Shown: positions 40,801 to 48,191 of the stretch, piece after piece
Position numbering within the stretch: position 1 is the stretch's first letter
How the letters are laid out: each line of letters starts with the position of its first letter
From: an uncultured delta proteobacterium
Lineage (GTDB): Bacteria; Myxococcota_A; Polyangia; Fen-1088
Direction: 5' to 3'
Assembly: GCA_963796685.1 (NCBI GenBank)
Contig: CAWCMR010000006.1
Location: 261,460-325,459, forward strand
DNA: 64,000 nucleotides
Made by a program: the position numbers and the translations under genes
The notes under the pieces: model-generated
Told to the model about the DNA's origin: nothing
Seen by the model: only the letters and a program-made list of their open reading frames with translations
Databases searched by the model: none

Positions 40801-41648
40801 AAATTGAGCGGCAGCGCGTAGGTGAAGGCCGAGTCCTTGGAGCGCGTGGAAATCGCGAAGGGGAACAGCAGATCGAACTTCGCTGCCGGGCTTCGCGTCC
40901 AGAAATAGAGCAGGAACCACATGCCGAAAGACTTGCCGTGGTCGGGATCGCCGATCTTGAAGGACAGCAGCGGCGGCGCGGCCCAGCCGAATTTCGTCGA
41001 CAGGTAGAACAGCGGCCAGAGCGCCCACGAGCGCGCGTCGGGCTGCGTGGTTTGGGAATAGGGGGGGATGACCAGGACCACGCGCTGTTTGAGGCGGTCT
41101 TCCACGCGCCAGTAGAAGGGCGCGAGAATCAGGGTATGGCTCTCCGGGCTCCAGAAATGGAAATAGAGCGGCGCCACCACGCGATGGCCAGGGTTGCCCC
41201 GGTTGGAGAAGTAAAAGGGAATGAGGGAGGTGCTGCGGCCCTCTTTACGGTAGAGCAGGATATCGATGCCCCGTTCGAAGGGCTGGCAGGTGCCGCTTTC
41301 GCAGATGGTGCCCGCTGGACATTGGTCGTCGCGCTCGCAGGTCTGCGGGCCCCCGGCCGGGAGCGAGTGGGGCTGCGATGGGGTCTCCGGTTGTGCTTTG
41401 CTCTCCGGTACGGCCGTCATCTTGGGCGCGGGCGGCGGCTCTCGCGCCGGCACGGCTTTGGGCGTCGGCAGCGAGCTCTCGGGAGCCTCCTCTGCCTGGG
41501 CGGTATGAAAGGGCAGGAGTGTCTTCGGGGTCGGTCGGGCGAAGGGATCGAGATTGGTCGTGGCCCAAACCGGCGACGGAAAAAGCCATACCACCGCGCA
41601 GCCGAGGGTGGCGGCCAGGAAGGGCAGGGTAAGGCGAAGCTTCTTCAT
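37806..41648 (-). CDS. Giant exported protein built of about 17-aa FP(L/F)(F/W/Y) repeats
   Basis: 1280 aa from MKKLRL; signal peptide, Pro linker, CERDDQCPAGTICESGTC motif, then about 1100 aa of repeats. Confidence 0.85.
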   Translation of the reverse strand: MKKLRLTLPFLAATLGCAVVWLFPSPVWATTNLDPFARPTPKTLLPFHTAQAEEAPESSLPTPKAVPAREPPPAPKMTAVPESKAQPETPSQPHSLPAGGPQTCERDDQCPAGTICESGTCQPFERGIDILLYRKEGRSTSLIPFYFSNRGNPGHRVVAPLYFHFWSPESHTLILAPFYWRVEDRLKQRVVLVIPPYSQTTQPDARSWALWPLFYLSTKFGWAAPPLLSFKIGDPDHGKSFGMWFLLYFWTRSPAAKFDLLFPFAISTRSKDSAFTYALPLNFYWRNKNDENLLSIPFFYRNVTPTGGTFASLLGYASVENKATTGSFLWLYWYGRSRESSYDVLFPLLWSFRSPGASTTIFPPLFHFRSKGSSIGTFALLAWWAGDEKAGSSWQLVLPFYFRKSNDDGARTFHLWPIGTYQRDDKTGSRYLTMLVPPLAYWRDKTGETDYELIYYHHHDIPGDAHTTILGPYYHRDDPAGTTDALFPLFWHFRDAPTGATAHSFLPFYFRRNSPDEKLTAAGIFPLWAYYRKFADGGSSAGLFPLAFFGSRKDRSHAIVFPLFWRFRKAEAVSTLFFPFYYASSGKDTSTTMVFPLLYFAGRDDQGSYRYQFPFYWNLVDQRNHTATTIAPPYFRYDDPKGYAAGILPLLFWGGGGQQRHVALFPLFWWFRDDAKDRTTTVVANYLHRTEGGETTDAFFPLFHYRRGAKPGGSDQTSLTVFPLFHYRRNAATTLFVSPVTAWMRSSDKQAGFAGPYFWYRNQSFAVQGVPLLYLDHTQLDTGERTRMWGPYVATDGPGHQARVLFPLWGHYRNPREQGTYVFPTFFRLRRDDGYRLDTFFPFVWLSSSPDSHTSVVGPYFTHHSPSGSSSGLIPFYLSAHTPKRDLFVTPLFLSHTNRQNGDRKILSWLYYQSNHGSAMFRTVLPLWYQSRDENHSWAVGFPLFWHVADKRADESMTLAGPLYFAHKGSERTRGLLPIAWYSRDGEKSTGSNAVVPLFYERHSPTSQAVLTLLFGYKSTHDGRWWYAGNFFWRNDTRSSFHTFFPLWFYHHDKATDTRTLVIPPLLHYEHTSPERSLSTWFLLVWHRSDITSSTTIGLPLVYDFHSYHQSRLTMVLPLFFRYRNEVSGTTTTVAPLFYRHSSPTDATTIAFPLFWRFWSAERSTTVAFPFYVGVRRATSDVTYVFPNIYYRKGLGANAGTSHLFVFPFWESEIKRPGDYMWEALLGIVGWERIGRNRFLKVLFIPFELEAAPAAKTAWYGKPPARSRERIARGLDTTSW

Positions 41649-41683
41649 CCGTGCGCGAGAATCGGTGATGGAGTCTTGCCCGG

Positions 41684-42337
41684 TCACTGCGGCGGCAACA
41701 TCTTCCATTCGCTGTTTTCTCGCACGAAGGGAATGTCCACCGTCTCCGAGTCCTCGCCCTTCTGGCGCGTCACCTTCAGGATCGCATTGTCGCCCTTGAT
41801 GGACGAACCCTTGAACGTGAACTTGGTGCCCTCGACTTCCTTCTGCATCTTCTTGAGGCCGTCGCCAACCTGGCCGACCTGCATGGCCAGCATGCCCTGG
41901 AACATGAGCGCGTAGCAGTCGACGACCTTCTCCAGGCTGCCCTCGGCAAGCGCCTTGCGCCAGCGCTCGAAGGTCTTCTCCGGGGTCGAGAACTCCGCGC
42001 GCGGCGCCGGCAACTGGAAGGTGATGCTCTTGATCTTTTCCTTGGGCACCTTGACCGTCGTGCCTTGCGATTCGACCGAATACACGCCGTCGTAGTAATG
42101 AACGATCTTCGCGTTCATCTTGGTCTTATCGAGAAACTCGATGACCTCGGCCCGGGCAGGGCGAACCGTGGCGAGGACCACGATGCTGACCGTGGCCAAG
42201 CAGCAGATGAAATTAACCACAGCGGACACAGGGGACACGGAGAAGGAAGAAGCTCGGATCCAGGATCCGGAAACATCTTCTTCTCCGACCTCTGTGTTCT
42301 CTGTGTCCTCTGTGGTGAAATTCCGGAAAATCGTCAT
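41684..42337 (-). CDS. Secreted hypothetical protein (C-terminal NTF2/DUF4878-like)
   Basis: Signal ending ARA-E; STPEKTFERW...GDNAIL...FVRENSEWKM; AGGA RBS right after glyA stop. Confidence 0.7.
   Translation of the reverse strand: MTIFRNFTTEDTENTEVGEEDVSGSWIRASSFSVSPVSAVVNFICCLATVSIVVLATVRPARAEVIEFLDKTKMNAKIVHYYDGVYSVESQGTTVKVPKEKIKSITFQLPAPRAEFSTPEKTFERWRKALAEGSLEKVVDCYALMFQGMLAMQVGQVGDGLKKMQKEVEGTKFTFKGSSIKGDNAILKVTRQKGEDSETVDIPFVRENSEWKMLPPQ
42215..42315. repeat. Palindromic ACAGAG/CTCTGT element inserted in frame
   Basis: AACCACAGCGGACACAGGGGACACGGAG...CTCTGTGTTCTCTGTGTCCTCTGTGG arms flanked by TGAAATT direct repeats (42208-14, 42316-22). Confidence 0.75.
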
Positions 42338-42343
42338 GGGTTC

Positions 42344-43600
42344 CTAGGGAAGGAGGATGCCGGGGGCGGGAAACTTTCGGGTCACTTCTAGCACCTCGGC
42401 CAGAACCTTGGCCGCGGTCTCGTCGTCCGGCTTGCCTACCACGCGGTCCATCCATCCTGCGATCAGTTTCATCTCCGCCTCTCCCATGCCTCGACTGGTG
42501 ACCGACGGCGTGCCCAAGCGGACGCCGGACGGATCGAAGGGCTTGCGTGTGTCGTAGGGGACCGAATTGTAGTTGAGCTCCAGGCCGGCCTTGTCGAGTG
42601 CCTTGGCTGCCACCTTGCCCGGCACGTTCTTGTTCGAAAGGTCGATCAAGATGAGGTGGTTGTCGGTGCCCCCGGAGAACACGTGGAAGCCGCGGGCCAT
42701 CAGCTCGGCAGCCAGCACCTTGGCGTTGGCGACGACGTCGTGCGCATACTGCTTGAAGGCGGGCCGCGCGGCCTCGCCCAGCGCCACGGCAATTCCCGCG
42801 GTGGTGTGATCGTGGGGACCGCCTTGCAAACCGGGGAACACGGCCTTGTCGATGGGAGCGGCGTAGGGTTGCTTGCACAGGATCATGCCGCCGCGCGGAC
42901 CGCGCAGGGTCTTGTGCGTCGTGGTGGTGACTATGTCCGCATGCGGAACAGGTGTCGGGTGCGCGCCGCCCGCGACCAGGCCTGCGACGTGGGCCATGTC
43001 GACGGCGAAGCGCGCGCCTATCTCCTTCGCGATCTCGGCGAAGGCCGCGAAGTCCCAGTGGCGCGAATAGGCGGTGCCGCCGGCCCAGATCAGCAGCGGG
43101 CGCTCGCGACGGGCGATGTCCCGCACCTCGTCCATGTCGATGCGCCCGGTATCCTTGCGCACGCCGTACTGGACCGACTGGAAGAACTTGCCGGTGATGG
43201 AGACATTCCAGCCGTGGGTCAGGTGACCGCCCATGGGCAGGGCCAAACCCATGACCTTGTCACCTGGCTTGAGAAAGGCGAGGTAGACGGCGAGGTTGGC
43301 CGGCGAGCCCGAGTAAGGCTGCACGTTGGCGTGCTCTGCGCCGAACAAGGCGCAAGCGCGTTCCTGCGCCAGCGACTCCAGCGGGTCGACGTTTTGCTGC
43401 CCTTCGTAGTAACGCTTTTGGGCATAGCCCTCGCTGTACTTGTTGGTAAAGATCGAACCCGAAGCCTCGAGCACGGCGCGCGAGACGTAGTTCTCCGACG
43501 GAATCAGGCGGATCTTCTCGGCCTGGCGGCGTTCTTCGGCGCGCACCAGCTCGTGGACCCGTGGATCCGAGACTGACAGCGGTTCATCGACGACCTTCAT
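42344..43600 (-). CDS. glyA: Serine hydroxymethyltransferase
   Basis: LIPSENY, NKYSEGY, GGHLTHG, TTTHKTLRGPRGG, FPGLQGGP. Confidence 0.98.
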   Translation of the reverse strand: MKVVDEPLSVSDPRVHELVRAEERRQAEKIRLIPSENYVSRAVLEASGSIFTNKYSEGYAQKRYYEGQQNVDPLESLAQERACALFGAEHANVQPYSGSPANLAVYLAFLKPGDKVMGLALPMGGHLTHGWNVSITGKFFQSVQYGVRKDTGRIDMDEVRDIARRERPLLIWAGGTAYSRHWDFAAFAEIAKEIGARFAVDMAHVAGLVAGGAHPTPVPHADIVTTTTHKTLRGPRGGMILCKQPYAAPIDKAVFPGLQGGPHDHTTAGIAVALGEAARPAFKQYAHDVVANAKVLAAELMARGFHVFSGGTDNHLILIDLSNKNVPGKVAAKALDKAGLELNYNSVPYDTRKPFDPSGVRLGTPSVTSRGMGEAEMKLIAGWMDRVVGKPDDETAAKVLAEVLEVTRKFPAPGILLP

Positions 43601-43607
43601 GGCAGGC

Positions 43608-43636
43608 AAGCTAGTCTGCCAAGGGGGCAGAGTCAA
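43608..43636 (-). promoter_or_regulatory. Sigma70-type promoter of glyA (leaderless geometry)
   Basis: TTGACT-N17-TAGCTT-N7-ATG, no Shine-Dalgarno. Confidence 0.6.
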
Positions 43637-43747
43637 CGCGCACGAGAAGTTCCGCCGGCAAGCAACTTTTTTCAGCCGACAAGCAACTTCTTTTCGGTCG
43701 GGCCGAGAACCTTCGCGTCCTTTCAACACCTATGAGGAGACCCGACC

Positions 43748-44248
43748 ATGAACCAGAATCGCAATTTCTTCCGCAATGTTTCCTTCTCGCTCTGCCTTGC
43801 CGCCGTATCGCTGCTCGGCCCAGGCTGCGACCGCCACCAGGGCGCAGATGCCGACGAATCAGGTCAGGCCCTGCTGTCCCTGGCCCCCATCCCGGACGAC
43901 GTGACTTGCGTTCGCGTCACGGCAGCCGGGGAGTCCCGTTCTTCGGTGAACGACTTCGACGTGGTGCCGGGCGAAACGCTTACGCAGGCGCTCACCGGGC
44001 TGCCGGTGGGAGCCGTGGTCTTCTCGGCCAACGCCTATTCGGCGGCCTGCGCCAGCGTCACCAAATCGACCATTCCCATGTGGATCAGCGATGACAAGAC
44101 GGTCAACCTGGTCCAGGGAAAGAGCTCCAGCGTGACCTTGACCCTGTACAAGAACGGTCGCGCCAAGGTCAGCGTGGAATTCGCCGACCAAGCAGACGGC
44201 GGCATCTCGTCCAGCTCGGCGGACGCCGGCACGTCCTCGGGCGGCTAG
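43748..44248 (+). CDS. Hypothetical lipoprotein
   Basis: GAGGAG RBS; hydrophobic signal ending PGC; beta-rich domain. Confidence 0.7.
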   Translation: MNQNRNFFRNVSFSLCLAAVSLLGPGCDRHQGADADESGQALLSLAPIPDDVTCVRVTAAGESRSSVNDFDVVPGETLTQALTGLPVGAVVFSANAYSAACASVTKSTIPMWISDDKTVNLVQGKSSSVTLTLYKNGRAKVSVEFADQADGGISSSSADAGTSSGG

Positions 44249-44270
44249 AGTCGAGCAGACAAACCCGGCG

Positions 44271-44303
44271 GGCGGAGGGGACAACGCGCCTCTCCGCCTT
44301 CTT
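44271..44303 (+). terminator. Candidate terminator hairpin
   Basis: GGCGGAGGGG-loop-CCTCTCCGCC followed by TTCTT, 22 nt after the stop codon. Confidence 0.4.
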
Positions 44304-44307
44304 GCCG

Positions 44308-44504
44308 TAATCCCGCGATAGCCGCGGGAGGTCGTGGTCCTGGTCGTGGCCGTGGCCGTGGCCGGAGCGATCTTCGTCGGCCACGGCCACGGAAACGTCC
44401 ACGACGACGTCTACGACCACCACTCGCCGCTCCGATTGGGTGCGAGCCTCTATGGTGGAAAGGCGTCTCTTTCTGCTGCAGTCACTGCGCTTGTCGCGGG
44501 ATTA
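44308..44504. mobile_element. MITE-like repeat, copy 1
   Basis: Terminal IR TAATCCCGCGA...TCGCGGGATTA; homologous to 54611-54798. Confidence 0.8.
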
Positions 44505-44578
44505 GGGATCTTGCGTGAGCCATCGACGCGGCCAGCGCGCAATGATAGGTTGGCCCAAGAAGCGAGTCAGCGGTCAGC

Positions 44579-46075
44579 ATGTCAACCACCAAAGAGCTCA
44601 TTGGAACCCGCCTCGGGCGTTACACCATCGTCGAGCATTTGGCGACCGGCGGCATGGCCGAGATCTTCCTGGCCCGGCAAGAGGCCATGGGCAGGTTCAA
44701 GAAGGAGCTCGTGCTCAAGGTCTTGCAGACGCGCTGGGAAGAGCATCCCGAGGTCGTCGACATGTTCCTCGGCGAAGCGCGCATCTCGGCGCTCATGAAC
44801 CACCCGAACATCGTGAATGTGTTCGACGTGGCCGAGGACAACGGTCGTCACTTCATCGCGATGGAGCACATCACGGGGCGAACCCTGACCGAGCTCGCCA
44901 AGCGCGCCATCCAGGTGACCAAGTCGATTCCCGTCGAGGTCGGCGTCTTCATCGCGGCCGAGATCGCCAGCGCGCTCGCGTACATGTACGACGGCAGCGG
45001 GGGCTTGGGCGAGCCTTTCCGGGTGGTTCACCGGGATATCTCGCCGACCAACGTGCTCATCGGATCGACGGGCGAGGTGAAGCTGATCGATTTCGGCATC
45101 GCGCGCCAGGGACTGGCCGTCATCCAAGAATCCGGTGCGCGTCCCGGCAAAGTCACGTACATGTCCCCCGAGCAAGTGCGGGGCGCGCCCATCGATGGTC
45201 GCTCTGACATTTTCTGCCTGGGAACCATCCTCTACGAAATCACCCTGGGGCGACGGCTGTGGCGCGGACCGCGCGAGGTAGCGGTCAAGCGCATCGTCGA
45301 GGAGCGGCCCAAGCCGCCCACCTTCGTGCGTCGCGACTATCCGACCGATTTGGAGCTCATCGTCCTGCGCTCGCTGGAGAAGAAGCCGGAGGATCGCTAC
45401 CAATCGGCCACCGAGCTGCATGAGGACCTCCAGAATTTCCTGGCCCGGTCGGGTGCGCACCTGCGCAACAACTTCCAGATGGCCGACTATGTGGCCAAGA
45501 TCTTCTCGGAGGAAGCGGACGCGCTGATCTCCGATTCCGGTCGCCGCCGGGCGCAAGCCTTCGTCGAGGGCAGCGACGGGGTAGAGGCCGAGCAAGCGGA
45601 CCTGGACTTCGACGTCCAGCACTCCGAAGGCCCGGGTGCGGCCCTGGCCCGGGCCATGCGCGCCTCTGCGCTGGGTGTGTGGGCCGATGTTGGCGCGGTG
45701 GAGCCGGCGAGCGGCGCCGCGGAAGAATCCCAAGCCCCGGCACAGGTCGCCACCCATGATACCAAGAGTCAAGTGGCGGAAACGCCCGAACCGCTGTTCT
45801 CCGAATCCGCGCGCGATCTGGAACGGGCCGCGGAGGCGGAGGAAACCGCCAGAAAAGAGGAAGCCGCCAGAAAAGAGGATGCCGCCAGAAAAGAGGATGC
45901 CAAGCCCCATGCAGAGTCGGCGCACGCAGTGCTGCCGGTCCGGGTCGCGCCCAAGGCCGAGCAGAACGATGTCTCAGAGGACCTGCCCGGGCGCTGGAAC
46001 GGCATGGTGGTGGCGGGGATCGTGCTTGCGCTGGCCATGGCCGTGGGGCTGTTGTGGTGGTTGCGCGGATCCTAG
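44579..46075 (+). CDS. Ser/Thr protein kinase with C-terminal transmembrane helix
   Basis: ATGGMAEIF, LVLK, HRDISPTN, DFG, YMSPE, SDIF; 18-bp repeats (ARKEE/DA) at about 45847-45900. Confidence 0.95.
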   Translation: MSTTKELIGTRLGRYTIVEHLATGGMAEIFLARQEAMGRFKKELVLKVLQTRWEEHPEVVDMFLGEARISALMNHPNIVNVFDVAEDNGRHFIAMEHITGRTLTELAKRAIQVTKSIPVEVGVFIAAEIASALAYMYDGSGGLGEPFRVVHRDISPTNVLIGSTGEVKLIDFGIARQGLAVIQESGARPGKVTYMSPEQVRGAPIDGRSDIFCLGTILYEITLGRRLWRGPREVAVKRIVEERPKPPTFVRRDYPTDLELIVLRSLEKKPEDRYQSATELHEDLQNFLARSGAHLRNNFQMADYVAKIFSEEADALISDSGRRRAQAFVEGSDGVEAEQADLDFDVQHSEGPGAALARAMRASALGVWADVGAVEPASGAAEESQAPAQVATHDTKSQVAETPEPLFSESARDLERAAEAEETARKEEAARKEDAARKEDAKPHAESAHAVLPVRVAPKAEQNDVSEDLPGRWNGMVVAGIVLALAMAVGLLWWLRGS

Positions 46076-46183
46076 GCACTTCGTCGTGCGCGCGGGAAAA
46101 CATACCTCGTTGGTCGACCCGGGGGTGCATCCCTTGCCAGGGCTGTGCTACCCTGAGAAACCAAGGACTTTCCAGGATCTAGG

Positions 46184-48152
46184 ATGAAGTTCGTCTGCGA
46201 CCGCTGTCAGACCCGCTATTCGATCGCGGATGAAAAGGTAAGGCAGAAAATCCTGCGCATTCGCTGCAAGACGTGCGGCAATGTCATCGTGGTTCAGGGC
46301 GAGCGTTCTGCTGCCCCGGGTGGGGCCGCCCCGGCGGACGGCGGGGCTTCCGAGCATTTCGAGTCCGCCAGGACTGCGGTGTCGAGCGGCCCCAAGGCCG
46401 TGCCGTCGAGCGCGCCCAAGGCCGTGCCGTCGAGCGCGCCCAAGGCCGTGCCGTCGAGCGCGCCCAAGGCTGCGCCGTCGAGCGCGCCCAAGGCTGCGCC
46501 GTCGAGCGCATCCAAGTCGGCGGTTCATGGTCCACCTCCGCCCCCGCCCGCGGCGACGGCCGGCCCTGACCCTCTCGGCGGTCGGGTGGAATGGTACTTG
46601 GCCGTCGGCGGCGTTCGCAGTGGTCCTTTTTCGCGCGCCGAAGCCGCGCGGAGGATCCTTGCAGCCACTCCTGGCAAGGCCGTGCATGTCTGGAAAGAGG
46701 GGATGCCGGGCTGGAAGGCATCCGACGAGGTTTCAGTCATCGCTCGGGAGCTGAACCTGCTCAGGCCATCGCCGCCGCCACCGCCTTTCGAAACCGCAAA
46801 GGCCCCATCCGCACCGCCTACGTCCACGCCACCCAAGGTGGCGGCCATGCCGCCTACCCTCGCCAAAGCCACCAAGGCCCAAGAGCAGCCGGCCCCTCTC
46901 TTTCCCGGCAAACCCCTCAAGCCATCCCCCGCGGTCACGTCTGACATCGCTGTGGACATGGATTCGGGAGCCTTTTCCGACATCACGACCAAGAAGGCGA
47001 AGGCCGTCCACGAATCTGTCCAAAGAGCCGGACAAGGGCAGTTTCGCGGACAGCACGACCAAGAAGGGCAAGAACCTCGGCGCCCTGGAGGCTGACCCGC
47101 TGTTCTCGTCCGCGCCGGCCTTCGCCGAGAACGACAGAACACCGCCACCGGTTCATCCGTTGCCGCCGGTGGGCACGCAGGCCAAGCCTTCGACAGCCTC
47201 CAGCTCGGCAACCCTGCCGGTGGCCGCTGTTCCGGCCATCTCGTTCCACCAGCCTGCAATCGCGAGCCCGGCCGTCAGCTCTCATGCCTTGCCGGTGGTT
47301 GCGGCCGGTTCCACAGGTCCAGCCGTTCCTGTTGACCAACCAGATCTGGGTGGATTCTCCGACGTCATTCGCGCCGTTGCGGCCAGCGACCCGCCGAGCA
47401 GCCCGATGCAGGCCTTTGCCCCGTCTTTCGACCCATCGGTTTCCGAGACATTGTCCGCTCAGGTGACCCCCGGTGATGCGTTCTTGGGCGGTAGCCGACG
47501 TCCCGGTCTCAAGTATGTGGTGGCGGCAGGCGCGATCGTGGTGCTGGTCATTCTCATCGTCATGGTGACCTTGCGCATGGACACGCGAAAAGTTCCCGAC
47601 GTCGTTCCCGCCCATTCCTCGGCGAAGACCGAGCCGGAGGACGTGCCCGAGCCGAAGCCGGTTGCCGCCCAGCCGCCCAAATCCGTGCCAGTCGCCACCG
47701 AGGAGAAGCCCGCCCCGGCCGTGCGCCCATCGGGTAGGCGCTCGGGCAGGTCGTTGCGACGGATGGATGTGGGCCCCGAGCCCGAGCGGCAGTCCTCTGC
47801 GAAGGCGCCTTCCAAGCCGGGCCTGCCGGCGCGGCCCAACCCCTTCGACGAGACCAAGACCGTGTCGCAATCGCAGATAAGCGCGGTGGTACGCAACAAG
47901 GCAAACCAGGACGCACTGAAGTCGTGCTACGAACGCGCGCTGAAGATGGACAACCACCTCACCAGCGGGCGCATCGACGTGACGGTTTCCATCGGCACCT
48001 CGGGGATGGTGCAGCGGGTGGTCATCAATGCTCCGCCCAGCTTCATCCTCGTCGAGCCCTGCATCAAGAGCGCGGTGAAACGATGGGTCTTTCCACCCAA
48101 CATCGAGGAATACGGGACCAATTTCCCGCTCATCATGCAGGGCGGAATGTAG
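46184..48152 (+). CDS. Zinc-ribbon/GYF_2/TM/TonB-C protein (AgmX/GltJ-like); frameshift near 47003
   Basis: CDRC...CKTC, WYLAV....GPF...VWKEGM..W (GYF_2), TM segment, CYERALK....L..G C-terminal domain. Confidence 0.8.
46381..46516 (+). repeat. Intragenic 24-bp tandem repeat (about 5.7 copies, SSAPKA[V/A]P)
   Basis: GTCGAGCGCGCCCAAGGCCGTGCC units starting at 46381, 46405, 46429, 46453, 46477, 46501. Confidence 0.9.
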
Positions 48153-48191
48153 ACCAGGGCCGTTCGGCGGCGCGCTGCTACACTTCGGCCA

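Noticed and set aside
44334-44798. ORFs reading VVAVAV...GHGHG (also 53858-54772)
   Set aside because: They are translations of the MITE hexamer repeats, not genes
46381-46516. 24-bp repeats as a CRISPR
   Set aside because: Head-to-tail with no spacers, and in frame within a Pro/Ala linker
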